DNA of 51,465 nt from Theionarchaea archaeon. GTDB lineage: Archaea; Methanobacteriota_B; Thermococci; Methanofastidiosales; SZ-28-30. The notes below the pieces were generated by a model. The model saw only the letters and a program-made list of their open reading frames with translations. It had not been told where the DNA came from and did no database searches. Positions 9,786 to 20,460 of this stretch are shown one piece after another. Location of the stretch: the NCBI GenBank assembly GCA_018992565.1, contig JACVGW010000011.1, forward strand, positions 1 through 51,465, read 5' to 3'. Each line of letters begins with the position of its first letter. Positions within the stretch are counted from its first letter, which is position 1. The position numbers and the translations under genes were made by a program.

Positions 9786-10262
9786 TCATTCTCCCTCAAA
9801 CGTGAACAAGTCCACGATTCTCCTGGCAGGTTCAAAGGGCCTGCATAATCGCCTCAGGCCGGGGACTGCTTCTATTTGTCCGTTTTCATCACGGTAGGCA
9901 TGCAGCCCGTCGGGGAACACCAGGTCTCTGCGGTCCTTATTTGCAAAGGCCACAATGACACTCACAATATAGAATGTATTCTCCTGAGGACAGGGAAGGT
10001 TCACTGTTTTGTCATAGGATATTTCAGTAATATCCACGCCTTCAATGACTTCAGAACGTCGTTCTGTTTCTTTCACTCGTGCTACCTTTCCACTCCGTGG
10101 AATTATGATATCCTGGGAACCTTGTCGTATAACCACATCATGAGGAGTCAGATTTATCAGAACGGGCTTTTTCTTTTCAAAGAGACGTTTAATTCTCTGA
10201 AAAACCCTTGAGAAATAGTTGAAAGTCAGTTTTGTGCCGTCAGAGAACGAATCCCAGCTCAT
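9786..10262 (-). CDS. Hypothetical protein with NLTPH motif
   Basis: INLTPHDV...PRSGKVARV...LPCPQENTFYIVS...RRDLVFP...RDENGQI conserved-looking pattern. Confidence 0.7.
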   Translation of the reverse strand: MSWDSFSDGTKLTFNYFSRVFQRIKRLFEKKKPVLINLTPHDVVIRQGSQDIIIPRSGKVARVKETERRSEVIEGVDITEISYDKTVNLPCPQENTFYIVSVIVAFANKDRRDLVFPDGLHAYRDENGQIEAVPGLRRLCRPFEPARRIVDLFTFEGE

Positions 10263-10403
10263 GTCCCGGTGTTCTCTTGGCGCGTCTTAAAGGTTTCCCC
10301 CGCCATCCTTAATGGGGGAGGAAGCAGGAGAGCTGCCAGTTGAACCTGTATCCTTGGGTTCTTCATTCCCCAACCCTTTTATATGATAGCTCAAAGACGT
10401 ATC

Positions 10404-10949
10404 ATGCTCACACAAGAACAAGGCCAGTTCCTGGTAGATCTTGCCAGGAAAAATATTGTTCACTTTCTCAAGGTGGGACAGGTGCTTCCTGTGGACGATG
10501 TTCCACCCATTTGTAAAGAAAAAAGAGGGGTTTTTGTCACTCTCAAGAAGAATGGGCACCTCAGGGGTTGCATTGGCTATCCAGAACCTGTCTACCCTTT
10601 GCTTGATGCACTTCTGGATTCTTCTGTTTCAGCTGCCGTGAGGGATCCCCGGTTCCCACCTGTTACCTCATCTGAAATGGACAGTATTACAGTAGAGGTC
10701 ACTGTTCTAACAGAGCCTGCACCCATACAGCCAGATCCTTCAAACGTGACTATTGGAAAGGATGGTCTCATGGTAGAACAGGGCATTTTCAAAGGCATCC
10801 TTCTCCCACAGGTACCTGTTGAATGGGAATGGGATTCAGAAGAATTTCTCTGCCAGGCCTGCATAAAAGCAGGGCTCCCTCCCGACTGTTGGCTGGACAA
10901 GAGGACAACTGTGTACGCGTTCCAGGGGCAGATTTTCTCTGAGGAGTAA
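10404..10949 (+). CDS. AMMECR1 domain protein (AmmeMemoRadiSam protein A type)
   Basis: GVFVTL, LRGCIG, RDPRF, GILLPQV, CIKAGLPPDCW. Confidence 0.93.
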   Translation: MLTQEQGQFLVDLARKNIVHFLKVGQVLPVDDVPPICKEKRGVFVTLKKNGHLRGCIGYPEPVYPLLDALLDSSVSAAVRDPRFPPVTSSEMDSITVEVTVLTEPAPIQPDPSNVTIGKDGLMVEQGIFKGILLPQVPVEWEWDSEEFLCQACIKAGLPPDCWLDKRTTVYAFQGQIFSEE

Positions 10950-11008
10950 TTCATCTTTTCCGGAAAGCGTAGACTTTGCATACTTTTCTTAAATTACCCA
11001 AAGTGAAG

Positions 11009-11023
11009 AGAAACCTTTATATA
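11009..11023 (+). promoter_or_regulatory. BRE/TATA promoter of glnA (probably leaderless)
   Basis: AGAAACCTTTATATA about 20 nt before ATG 11044; no SD. Confidence 0.6.
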
Positions 11024-11043
11024 CCGGAGTACCCAACGTACAT

Positions 11044-12405
11044 ATGCACACGCCTGAAGACATTATTGCATTTTGTGAAGAAAGAAATATCCGGTTAATA
11101 AAACTGCAATTTGCAGATCTTGTAGGAGAACTGAAACAATTTGAGGTCCCTCTCAAGATTTTTCCCAAAGCTCTGGAAGAAGGGCTGAGTTTTGATGGAT
11201 CATCTGTTACAGGGATGAACCCTATTGAAGAGAGCGACCTGGTGGTAAAACCTGATGTGTCAACCTTTGTTGAACTGCCATTGGCAAGACAAAATGAAAA
11301 AGATAGAGAAAAGTCCCGTGTTGCCCGCGTTCTGTGCGATATCTACGAACCTCGAAATGGGAGCCTCACCCGACATCCAGGTGATCCTCGATTTGTCTTA
11401 CAGAAGAACCTGGAATACGCCTTGAAAAAAGGATTCATCTACAAGGTGGGCCCGGAACTGGAATTCTTCATGTTTGAACGAGAAGGTGTGGCCAGGGTGA
11501 CAGATTCAGGAGGATATTTCGCTTCTCCCTTCAGAGATCGCGGTGAACGCGTTCGGGAGCAAATTATTGGAATTCTTTCTGATCTGGGCAGCCAGACAGG
11601 CATTGAAGCCGAGTACTCTCACCATGAGGCAGCCTTTTCACAGCATGAGATTGATCTTAACTATGCAGAAGCCTTGAAGATGGCAGATTTCACCATGCTG
11701 TACAAGTGGATTGTGAAATTCATAGCAGAGCAAAATGAGATGGTAGCCACTTTCATGCCCAAACCCATTGAAGGGATTAATGGTTCTGGCATGCATATCC
11801 ACCAGAGTCTGGCAGATGAGAAGGGAGTTAATCTGTTTTATAATTCTAAGAACGAATATGGATTATCTGACATTGCAAGGCAGTTTATTGCAGGGCAGCT
11901 AAAATATGCACGCGAAATGTGCGGCATTCTGGCCCAGTGGGTGAACTCCTATAAAAGGCTGATCCCGAATTTTGAGGCCCCTACGTACGTGTCCTGGTCT
12001 GTGGTAAACCGGTCTGCTCTCATCAGAGTACCGCTATCATTGAAAAACCGGGAGAAAGCAGCGAGAGCAGAGATTCGATGTGCAGATCCCGCATGTAACC
12101 CGTATCTGGTGCTTGCTGTACTGCTCAGGGCAGGAATAGCAGGTATTGAAGAAGGGCTGGAACTTGAGAAGCCCCAGAAAGACAATTTATACAATCTGGG
12201 ATATCAAGAACGGAAAAAGCGTGGGATCATTGACTTACCCGGGAGTCTGGGAGAGGCTATTCGAGAAGTCGAGCAATCAGAGCTGGTCAGAGAAGCTCTG
12301 GGAGATTTCATCCTGGACAACTGGATAACGCTGAAGGCAGAAGAATGGGCCAACTACAGAAAAAAGGTCCACCACTGCGAACTGGAAGCATATTATCATC
12401 TCTGA
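11044..12405 (+). CDS. glnA: Glutamine synthetase type I
   Basis: FDGSS, GPELEFF, HHE...QHEI, FMPKP..GINGSGMHIHQSL, NSYKRL, NRSALIRVP, EIRCADPACNPYL. Confidence 0.95.
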   Translation: MHTPEDIIAFCEERNIRLIKLQFADLVGELKQFEVPLKIFPKALEEGLSFDGSSVTGMNPIEESDLVVKPDVSTFVELPLARQNEKDREKSRVARVLCDIYEPRNGSLTRHPGDPRFVLQKNLEYALKKGFIYKVGPELEFFMFEREGVARVTDSGGYFASPFRDRGERVREQIIGILSDLGSQTGIEAEYSHHEAAFSQHEIDLNYAEALKMADFTMLYKWIVKFIAEQNEMVATFMPKPIEGINGSGMHIHQSLADEKGVNLFYNSKNEYGLSDIARQFIAGQLKYAREMCGILAQWVNSYKRLIPNFEAPTYVSWSVVNRSALIRVPLSLKNREKAARAEIRCADPACNPYLVLAVLLRAGIAGIEEGLELEKPQKDNLYNLGYQERKKRGIIDLPGSLGEAIREVEQSELVREALGDFILDNWITLKAEEWANYRKKVHHCELEAYYHL

Positions 12406-12543
12406 TTTTTCTTATTTCTTTACTGGATGTATCCTTTCTTGATTTGTACAGAATAGAACAGACCCAAAGGTTAAGAAGAATCTACTGCTGTATTCAATGG
12501 GGATTAAATCAGGAATTTCCTTCAAAATAACGGAGGTGATAGT

Positions 12544-13044
12544 ATGGGCCATAATATCCGCTGCGAAATGGCAAAGAGCCCACCAGAGAAATGCAGGTGC
12601 GAGTGTAATGGAAAGTATCACGGTATTCATGCACGTCCTCTGCCCTCAAGAGCTCGATTTGTGGACAAGAAAATGGGTGGAACCCTGGGCAAGACCATCC
12701 AGGTACTCAACAGGAAACAACTGGTAATGGCGTGTGGCATCCAGATGAAAATGGTCATATTCATTGGCGTCCCAGATGAAAGTGGTGTCGCAGACAGAAC
12801 TGGCAAGAAGTGGGCAGTACGTACCAAATGCAGATATCTGGTGGACGGAAAGTGCACACATCCGGATGTGACGTCTGAGAGTACAGCAGAATGCGAACCT
12901 ACAATCGTTGTGCCTGATCCGTCGGGGATAATGAATATAGACCATTTGAGTATTGTGGAACTCAATATCATTTGCTTTCTGTTTGCCAGGAAGGTATGGG
13001 AGTCTACAGGTCGGGATGAGCCCATGGTGATACCTGCTGTGTAA
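12544..13044 (+). CDS. Cys-rich hypothetical protein, putative metal binding
   Basis: SD GGAGGTGA; N-terminal C-x9-CRCECNGKYHG motif. Confidence 0.65.
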   Translation: MGHNIRCEMAKSPPEKCRCECNGKYHGIHARPLPSRARFVDKKMGGTLGKTIQVLNRKQLVMACGIQMKMVIFIGVPDESGVADRTGKKWAVRTKCRYLVDGKCTHPDVTSESTAECEPTIVVPDPSGIMNIDHLSIVELNIICFLFARKVWESTGRDEPMVIPAV

Positions 13045-13082
13045 TGGAACACCTTTAAAAGTGCTCCCTGTAACAGGGAGTG

Positions 13083-14234
13083 ATGCATGTTCTCGGGTTC
13101 GTGGTCAATCCCATTGCTGGAATGGGTGGACGTGTTGGACTGAAAGGAACAGATAATGTGGTAGAAGAAGCAGTGGAAAGAGGTGCAGAACCTGTTTCGG
13201 GAGAGAGGGCAATCCGTACCCTGAAAATGTTGGTCAAAGCACGTGTTGAATACAAGAGAGAAATTCCCATAACCTGGGTTACTGTTTCAGGGAGCATGGG
13301 AGCAGACCTCCTGGAAAAAGCAGGGTTCTCTCCTGAGGAATATGTGGTGGCATATGAATGCGGAGGAACCACCACCAGAAAAGATACACAGGAAGGGTGC
13401 AGAGAGTTCCAGAATCGTAATGTGGAATTAATAGTGTTCTGTGGAGGAGATGGGACTGCTCGAGACATATTTGAGGTAGTAGATGCTGAGACTCCCATTG
13501 TGGGCATTCCTGCAGGAGTAAAGATGCATTCTGGTGTCTTTGGAGTGAATCCGGAAAGTGTGGCCGAAGTAATTATTGCTTTTACTGAAGGGAATTTGGG
13601 ATTGAGTGAAGTTGAAATAATGGATCTGGATGAGAGAGCATACCGTAAAGGAGAGTGGAAAATAGACCTGCACGGAATTGCTGTCACTCCTTTTGAGGAA
13701 ACCTACATACAGAGTGCCAAGATGATGGTTCGAGGACCATCGGAAGAGGAGTTGAAGAGAGAGATCGCAGACTATATTCTGGAATTGATGGAAGAGAACA
13801 CCTTATACATTCTGGGATCAGGGAGTACACTAAAGGCAGTTGGAGAGGAACTGGGCATTGATAAAACTCTGCTGGGAATTGATGCAGTAATCAACGGGAA
13901 CATGATTGAAAAAGACCTTAATGAAAAGGAACTGCTGCATCTTCTAGAAAAATACAACGATTCAACATTAATTGTCAGTCCCATTGGGGCGCAGGGATTT
14001 ATATTGGGGAGAGGAAATCAGCAGCTAAGTCCTGCTGTCATCAGGAAGGTTGGCATTGACAACATTATGGTGGTGGCCACCCCGGCTAAGCTGCAACGGA
14101 CCGAAAACCTACGAGTGGATACTGGCGACATGGAACTGGACAAGGCATTTTCGGAAAAGAGATACTTCAGAATCATTACAGGATATCATACTATGGCAGT
14201 ACGGAGCGTAGAAGTTCAGGTAGCAGGGAGGTAA
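13083..14234 (+). CDS. ATP-NAD kinase family protein (AcoX-like)
   Basis: VNPIAGMGGRVGLKGTD, GGDGTARD, GVKMHSGVF, GRGNQQ. Confidence 0.9.
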   Translation: MHVLGFVVNPIAGMGGRVGLKGTDNVVEEAVERGAEPVSGERAIRTLKMLVKARVEYKREIPITWVTVSGSMGADLLEKAGFSPEEYVVAYECGGTTTRKDTQEGCREFQNRNVELIVFCGGDGTARDIFEVVDAETPIVGIPAGVKMHSGVFGVNPESVAEVIIAFTEGNLGLSEVEIMDLDERAYRKGEWKIDLHGIAVTPFEETYIQSAKMMVRGPSEEELKREIADYILELMEENTLYILGSGSTLKAVGEELGIDKTLLGIDAVINGNMIEKDLNEKELLHLLEKYNDSTLIVSPIGAQGFILGRGNQQLSPAVIRKVGIDNIMVVATPAKLQRTENLRVDTGDMELDKAFSEKRYFRIITGYHTMAVRSVEVQVAGR

Positions 14235-14423
14235 GGGTAACATTGATACGAGATTCAAAGTCCAGATGCGACTGGTGGCACCTGGGTACTTCTTTTCCCT
14301 CCTTCATGGCTGTAGGACTGGTTTTCTCACCCTACGTGCAGTGACGATGTCGGGCAAGGGAATCACGTACAACCTTAAATACCTGTGTATCTTAAGGAGT
14401 ATAGCTTATGCAGGAGGAATGAA

Positions 14424-15467
14424 ATGAAAGACACAATGCTGGCTGTCTTCAAGACCAACCCTGAACCAGGAGGAACGGAATTCAGAGAAGTGCCAGTACC
14501 TGTACCTGGACCAGATGATGTTCTCATCAAGGTTAAAGCATGTTCAATATGTGGAACAGACGTACATATCTTTAACTGGGATGCGTGGGCTCAGAAACGG
14601 ATCAATCCTCCCCTGTTATATGGTCACGAGTTCGGAGGAGAAGTGGTCGAAATAGGAAGTAATGTCAAGACTGTCCAAGTAGGGGACTATGTTTCAGCAG
14701 AATCCCACATTTTCTGTGGCTCATGTTACAACTGTAGAATGCAGCAGCGCCACATCTGCTCTAACCTGAACATACTGGGTGTAGATACTTCAGGTATTTT
14801 CGCTGAGTATGCCCGGATACCTGTTCAGAATATCTGGAAAAATGATCCTGATCTGCCCATCGAGTATGCCAGTGTACAGGACCCGCTGGGAAATGCAGTG
14901 CATACGGTGTTTGCAGCAGATATTCCCGGAAGAAATGTGGTAATCTTGGGATGTGGGCCTATTGGAGTTTTTGCCGCCGCCATCTGCGAGAAAATTGGAG
15001 CAGCCCAGATTTTTGCCACTGAAGCCAAGTACAAATACAGAGCAGATATTGCAGAGAGAGTGGGTGCAGATAAGGTATTCTTCGGCGATGTAGATGTGCA
15101 TAGTGACGTGATGGAAGCTACTGATGGAGTAGGAGCAGATGTGGTCCTGGAATTCACAGGGAGTCCCGCCGCTGTCAACCAGGGGCTCAAACTCCTGAGA
15201 CCAGGTGGCACCATGGTACTTCTGGGTGTATTCTCAAAGGAGTTCACCACTGATCTTACTGACAATGTCGTTTTCAAATATGTTACCATCCAGGGGATTA
15301 CTGGCCGCCTGATCTGGGATACCTGGTACAGGATGCGAGGCCTGTTTAAGGCAGGGCTTAATATTAACCCTGTGATCACCCATACCTTTAAATTTGAGGA
15401 GTTTTTCGAAGCAATGGAGGTCATGAGATCGGGAAACTCTGGAAAAGTTGTTCTCTATATGGAATAA
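14424..15467 (+). CDS. tdh: L-threonine 3-dehydrogenase
   Basis: ICGTDVHI..WD.WA, GHEF, SAESH..CGSCYNC, GCGPIG, GITGR; adjacent to kbl. Confidence 0.93.
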   Translation: MKDTMLAVFKTNPEPGGTEFREVPVPVPGPDDVLIKVKACSICGTDVHIFNWDAWAQKRINPPLLYGHEFGGEVVEIGSNVKTVQVGDYVSAESHIFCGSCYNCRMQQRHICSNLNILGVDTSGIFAEYARIPVQNIWKNDPDLPIEYASVQDPLGNAVHTVFAADIPGRNVVILGCGPIGVFAAAICEKIGAAQIFATEAKYKYRADIAERVGADKVFFGDVDVHSDVMEATDGVGADVVLEFTGSPAAVNQGLKLLRPGGTMVLLGVFSKEFTTDLTDNVVFKYVTIQGITGRLIWDTWYRMRGLFKAGLNINPVITHTFKFEEFFEAMEVMRSGNSGKVVLYME

Positions 15468-15481
15468 GAGGAGGATATACT

Positions 15482-16669
15482 ATGAAAAGAAATCCAACAG
15501 CATTCTTGAAAGAGGAATACCAGAAATTGGTGGAACAGAATTTAGACTGGAAACTACGAGTTCTGGAGGGACCTTCTGCTCCTCGATCTGTAGTAGAAGG
15601 AAAAAAGGTACTTATGCTGTGTTCCAACAACTACCTGAATCTGTCCAATCACCCCCGGTTGAAGAAAGCTGCTAAAGACATTATTGATACACATGGGGTG
15701 GGATCGGGATCAGTGCGAGCCATTGCAGGGACTATGGATATTCACATGGAAGTGGAAAAAGCGTTAGCGAGATTCAAGAAGACTGAAGCTGCTCTGGTGT
15801 ACCAGACAGGGTTTGCAGCTAATTCAGGGTTGATTCCCCAGCTAGTGGACAAAGGAGACTTGATTATATCAGATGAATTAAATCATGGATCTATCATTGA
15901 TGGAGTCCGATTATCTGGGGCTGATAGAGCCATATTCAAGCACAGGGATTACGGCAATCTGGAGGACGTTTTGAATGAAGCTGAAAAGGAGAACTACCGG
16001 CGAATATTGATCATCACCGATGGTGTATTCTCCATGGATGGTGATGTGGCGCGGATGGATGCCATAGTGAACCTTGCGGAAGAACATGGAGCCATGACAT
16101 ATGTGGATGATGCACACGGAGAAGGAGTTCTTGGTGAGAACGGGAGAGGAATTGGTGCTCATTACAATCTGGAAGGAAAGATACATGTGGAAATGGGTAC
16201 ATTCTCAAAGGCGTACGGGGTGGTAGGTGGGTTAATTGCTGGAAGCAGGGATCTTGTGAATTTCGCCTTCAATAAGTCCAGGACCTGGTTACTGTCTGCT
16301 TCTCATCCACCTCAGGTGGCTGCAGCCCAGCTGGCAGCCATTCAAGTACTGGAATCTGAGCCTCAGCACTGGAAGAGGCTGTGGGACAATACCAGGTACT
16401 TCAAGAAGGAATTGAAGAGCATGGGCTTCGACACAGGTCAATCAGAGACTCCCATTACTCCTGTTATTGTGGGAGAATCCAGCGTGGCCAAGGCTTTATC
16501 TGACAAGCTCTTTGAGAACGGCGTATTTGCCCTCCCTATTGTATTCCCCATGGTGGCAAAGGACAAGGCCCGCATCAGGACAATGATGAATGCAGGGTTG
16601 ACCGATGAGGACTTAACCGATGCTCTGCAAGCCTTTGAAAAGTGTGGAAAAGAGTTGAAAATCATATAA
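15482..16669 (+). CDS. kbl: Glycine C-acetyltransferase (2-amino-3-ketobutyrate CoA ligase)
   Basis: SNNYL, SDELNHGSIIDG, DGVFSMDGD, DDAHG, GTFSKA (PLP Lys); operon with tdh. Confidence 0.9.
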   Translation: MKRNPTAFLKEEYQKLVEQNLDWKLRVLEGPSAPRSVVEGKKVLMLCSNNYLNLSNHPRLKKAAKDIIDTHGVGSGSVRAIAGTMDIHMEVEKALARFKKTEAALVYQTGFAANSGLIPQLVDKGDLIISDELNHGSIIDGVRLSGADRAIFKHRDYGNLEDVLNEAEKENYRRILIITDGVFSMDGDVARMDAIVNLAEEHGAMTYVDDAHGEGVLGENGRGIGAHYNLEGKIHVEMGTFSKAYGVVGGLIAGSRDLVNFAFNKSRTWLLSASHPPQVAAAQLAAIQVLESEPQHWKRLWDNTRYFKKELKSMGFDTGQSETPITPVIVGESSVAKALSDKLFENGVFALPIVFPMVAKDKARIRTMMNAGLTDEDLTDALQAFEKCGKELKII

Positions 16670-16905
16670 CTAATTCTTTTCTTCTTTCACAATTCGCTGT
16701 CCATTTCATGGGAATAATGAGATCTGTAATGGAGAAGATCTTCTTGGAAAAAGCATACTGATAAGGAACACTCATATTGCAACAGGTCTTCATAGACTGA
16801 AGTCCATCCCTGTGAATGTGATTCCGGCGTGTAGCAGCTTTTGAGGGCCGCAACCTTTTTAAAGAGGGAAGAGCCTTTCCTTTCTCACCCTAGCGAGGTG
16901 ATATA

Positions 16906-17277
16906 ATGGTTTTCCTAGCAAGAATGCTGAGGCTGGATCCAGGTTCAAAGGAGTTAGAGTCACTTATTCGGGATCTGGAACCCGCGAAGATTACCGGGGT
17001 GCTCAAGGTCACGTTTGATGCTTGTTCTGGATTTATCGCTCTGGAAGAAGGGAGTGTTGTGGAAGGATACGAAATATATAGAGATGAACTTCTGGTAAGG
17101 GACAGACAGGCCCGCAACATTGTAGAACGATACAGGGAAGAGCAAGGCAAGATCGACATATACCTGGTGAATTCTCATGTCCTCCAGACTTTTCTCTCCA
17201 CTCTGGAAGATGATCTTCCCCGAGATTTCAAGAACTGGTTTCAATCTCTGTGCAACTCATGCAATAACACCAGCTAG
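16906..17277 (+). CDS. Hypothetical protein (DUF2226/DUF4388-like)
   Basis: SD GAGGTGA; ITGVLKV...GFIALEEGSVV pattern. Confidence 0.55.
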   Translation: MVFLARMLRLDPGSKELESLIRDLEPAKITGVLKVTFDACSGFIALEEGSVVEGYEIYRDELLVRDRQARNIVERYREEQGKIDIYLVNSHVLQTFLSTLEDDLPRDFKNWFQSLCNSCNNTS

Positions 17278-17432
17278 GGATATGTCATTTTCTGTGGGTT
17301 CTCTGTGATGTTCTTTTTCTTCACCTCTTCTTTCTCTTTCTGTGTACAGAAGGAATTGTCAACCTTCGGTCCTGCAGATACCTGGCTAACCCTCAGAGGA
17401 ATACTTAAATATCCCGACATATTCTCTCATTC

Positions 17433-18275
17433 ATGAACGTGGTCTTTTCACCTCGATGCCTGGAATTTGAGTCTTCGGGTCACCCCGAATCACCAGAACG
17501 TGTACGAAAGACACATGAACTCCTCATGCAGAAGGACTACTCTTTTGTGGAACCCATACCTTGCACAGAACAGGACCTCCTTCTGGTTCATTCTCCAGAA
17601 CTTATCAGAGATGTAAAGAACAATGACTTCTACAATTGGGACTCACCTAACCTGCCCCGTATTTATGAGTACGCTGTCTTGTCTGCAGGTGGGTCAGTAA
17701 CTGCCATGGAACTGTCCCTTTCTGAAGGGAGGAGTTTCTCCCTGATGCGTCCACCCGGGCATCATGTCTCACGAGAGAGTCTGGGGGGGTTCTGCTATTT
17801 CAACAACGTTGCCATTGCTGTGGCCAAAGCATTGACCACCCTGGACAAGGTGGCCATACTGGACTTTGACTGTCACCATGGAAATGGAACTGAATCAATT
17901 TTCCTGGGGAATCCGTCTGTTCTCTACATGTCCTGGCATCAGATTCACATATATCCAGGAACTGGCCATCAAAGCCGACTGAATTGCATAAATTACCCGT
18001 TACAAGCAGGAGCTGACCACAGTGATTTCATGGCCGTGTTTGAAAAAGGATGTAAGAAGACACTTGAGTTTAATCCTGATCTCATCGCAGTATCTGCTGG
18101 GTTTGATGGGTACATCGGAGACCCACTATCAATGCTGAGATTCCAGCAGAAAACATATCAGGAGATCGGCGAAAAGATCAAATCCTTCGGATGCCCCAGC
18201 TTTGCTGCATTAGAAGGGGGGTATGGGGGAGAACTCCCTCTCTGTATACACAAATTCCTGCAGGGTTACTTCTAG
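17433..18275 (+). CDS. Histone deacetylase family protein
   Basis: HPESPER, RPPGHH, GFCYFNN, DFDCHHGNGT, SAGFD, LEGGY. Confidence 0.95.
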   Translation: MNVVFSPRCLEFESSGHPESPERVRKTHELLMQKDYSFVEPIPCTEQDLLLVHSPELIRDVKNNDFYNWDSPNLPRIYEYAVLSAGGSVTAMELSLSEGRSFSLMRPPGHHVSRESLGGFCYFNNVAIAVAKALTTLDKVAILDFDCHHGNGTESIFLGNPSVLYMSWHQIHIYPGTGHQSRLNCINYPLQAGADHSDFMAVFEKGCKKTLEFNPDLIAVSAGFDGYIGDPLSMLRFQQKTYQEIGEKIKSFGCPSFAALEGGYGGELPLCIHKFLQGYF

Positions 18276-18346
18276 TCACTCTCGCCCTGGCTCTTGCACC
18301 AGATACAACAGCCATAACCTTATATCCCCATATGGCAAACCGGTGC

Positions 18347-18727
18347 ATGATTGAAGGTGATGAGGAACTGTGCATAGGATGTAGAGCATGTGAGATTGTA
18401 TGCGCACTTTCTCTCTTCGGTGAAAGCAACCCGGAGAAATCTGCTATAAGAATTTCCACAGAGCCAGACAGTACTGTCGCCATCACTGTGTGCAACCAAT
18501 GTGGCGAATGTGAGAGAGTATGTCCAGAAGGTGCCATCTACCTGGAAGACGATATTATAAAGATCAATAACAGGTGCACAGGTTGCTATATCTGCGTGGA
18601 ATCCTGTCCTGCAGGGGCTCTTTTCACTCATGTTGATGTCCTGGAACCTATCAAGTGCACCCACTGTCTCAGATGTGTTGAATCGTGTCCGGTCAATGCG
18701 CTGTATGTGCTCACTCTTGAGCGGTAA
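18347..18727 (+). CDS. Polyferredoxin-like 4Fe-4S protein
   Basis: Four CxxCxxCxxxC motifs; start could be 18332. Confidence 0.88.
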   Translation: MIEGDEELCIGCRACEIVCALSLFGESNPEKSAIRISTEPDSTVAITVCNQCGECERVCPEGAIYLEDDIIKINNRCTGCYICVESCPAGALFTHVDVLEPIKCTHCLRCVESCPVNALYVLTLER

Positions 18728-18926
18728 TCAGTAGTATCTCTTGAATCCCGATTCATCTTCCCCTGGAGGGCGTCAGAGGGTAGTCGGATATGATTTTTGA
18801 GACGCCATGCTTTGTAGCAGCCCCTCTTGAAGACTCAGAAATTCTCTTATTCTGCCCTTCCTGGACAGAGGCCTGTCAAACATCCTTTTGACAACCTTTA
18901 TAAGAGACCTTTTCCACAACAATGTA

Positions 18927-20051
18927 ATGAAACGCAAGGAAATTAAGGACATTCTCCTCTATGATGAAACATTGATCAAGAATGATCGGGTTTTTGATCC
19001 AGAGTACACACCGGATCGATTTGGGTTCAGAGACTCCCAGCTGCAGCAGCTCACCTATAATCTGAGGCGGGGGATCATGGGAGGAAATCCGGTAAACTCC
19101 TTGATTCTGGGTCCTTGCGGCACGGGGAAAACCACGTCTGTAAAAGTGGTATTCGAGGAAGTGGAGCAGTCCTCAGATAAGATAGTCCCTGTGTATATTA
19201 ACTGCCAGTTCAACAGCACACCTTTCCAGGTTTTCGCCCAAATCTACAAGAAGGTGGTGGGCCATCTCCCTCCAGAGACGGGGGTCCCCTTGGCCAGAAT
19301 TCAGAATGAGGTTATGAGAAAACTCCAGAGAGAAAACAGATGCCTGGTGGTGGCTCTGGACGACATTGACCACCTCTTCTATGATAAATATGCTAATGAT
19401 ATTCTCTATGACATTTTGCGAGCTCATGAGAAGTACCCTGGAGTGAGGACAGGCGTCATTGGCATCCTGTCTGAGAACGAATTCCGGTTTATACTGGCCA
19501 CCAAAGTACATACTGTTTTCCACCCCAGCGAGATCTTCTTTGATCCTTATACTCGCAGCCAGACGTACGAGATTCTTAGAGACAGGGTGCTGCACGGACT
19601 GGTAGAGAATGTCTTGACAGATGAACTGCTCTCGTACATTACGGATTTGACAATAGATGCAGGAGACCTGCGCGTGGGAATTGAGCTCGTGTACCGCAGT
19701 GCTCTGGAAGCCGAGGCAGATGGATCCAGAAAGATCCTGCAGGAGTATGTGGACCGGGCCCATGCAGCTGAAGCCAGGACTATTCACCTCAAGCGTATTC
19801 TCCAGGGACTCTCCCCTCCTGAGAAGGCACTGCTCAAAATCCTGGCTGAAAACCAGGGGGAAATGCCATCCAAACAGGTATACACCCTCTTCGAAGACAG
19901 AACAGGGCACAAGCTCAAGAAGTATAATGCTGTCGTAGGCAAACTGGAAGCTCTGCGTCTCGTGGATGCACCTTATGTGAAAAAAGTAGGACGTTCTCGG
20001 AGAATAATCTTGCGATATGACGAAAATGATATCATACGATATTTGAAATAG
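18927..20051 (+). CDS. cdc6: Orc1/Cdc6 family AAA+ replication initiator
   Basis: Walker A GPCGTGKT, YINC, Walker B ALDDID, GDLR.GI, C-terminal winged helix; TATA at 18897-18904. Confidence 0.92.
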   Translation: MKRKEIKDILLYDETLIKNDRVFDPEYTPDRFGFRDSQLQQLTYNLRRGIMGGNPVNSLILGPCGTGKTTSVKVVFEEVEQSSDKIVPVYINCQFNSTPFQVFAQIYKKVVGHLPPETGVPLARIQNEVMRKLQRENRCLVVALDDIDHLFYDKYANDILYDILRAHEKYPGVRTGVIGILSENEFRFILATKVHTVFHPSEIFFDPYTRSQTYEILRDRVLHGLVENVLTDELLSYITDLTIDAGDLRVGIELVYRSALEAEADGSRKILQEYVDRAHAAEARTIHLKRILQGLSPPEKALLKILAENQGEMPSKQVYTLFEDRTGHKLKKYNAVVGKLEALRLVDAPYVKKVGRSRRIILRYDENDIIRYLK

Positions 20052-20165
20052 GTTGTTTCTGATATGGAGATGTCACACTCCACTGATGTCGGTTTCTTCC
20101 TTGCTTTCTATTTCTTGCGACTGTTGAAGGGATAATTTTATATACGTGTGGCGCGTAAAGAAAAT

Positions 20166-20387
20166 ATGGAAGACTGGGATCGGATGGTCTCCTCCATGAA
20201 GGAGAAGATCATGGAAGGAGATACCACGCCTATTGAATACCTGGACAAGACCATTACCTTCTTCAGAGAAAATTATCACAAAGACCCTCAGCCTGCACTG
20301 CTGTGGAACTTGATTGCCCTGAGGGATGAGCTTGTCCGACTGAAAGAAACATATAAGACTATTCGGGAGATTGAAGGTGGCGAGTGA
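20166..20387 (+). CDS. Small helical hypothetical protein
   Basis: 73-aa ORF with TTTATATA about 22 nt upstream. Confidence 0.55.
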   Translation: MEDWDRMVSSMKEKIMEGDTTPIEYLDKTITFFRENYHKDPQPALLWNLIALRDELVRLKETYKTIREIEGGE

Positions 20388-20460
20388 ATCTGCAGTCTTT
20401 ATGTGAGAAGTCACCCCTCTTATTCTGTGGAATGTTGAAATCTGTTGTTAAGTTGCTATT

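Noticed and set aside
18728..18926. Replication origin (ORB repeats) next to cdc6
   Set aside because: The intergenic region is short, has no AT-rich unwinding element and shows no convincing repeated TCCAGTGGAAAC-like boxes with G-strings
19173..19910. Long antisense ORFs (this 245-aa one; also 14825-15424 and 32969-33604)
   Set aside because: Shadow frames opposite well-supported genes, with no recognisable motifs
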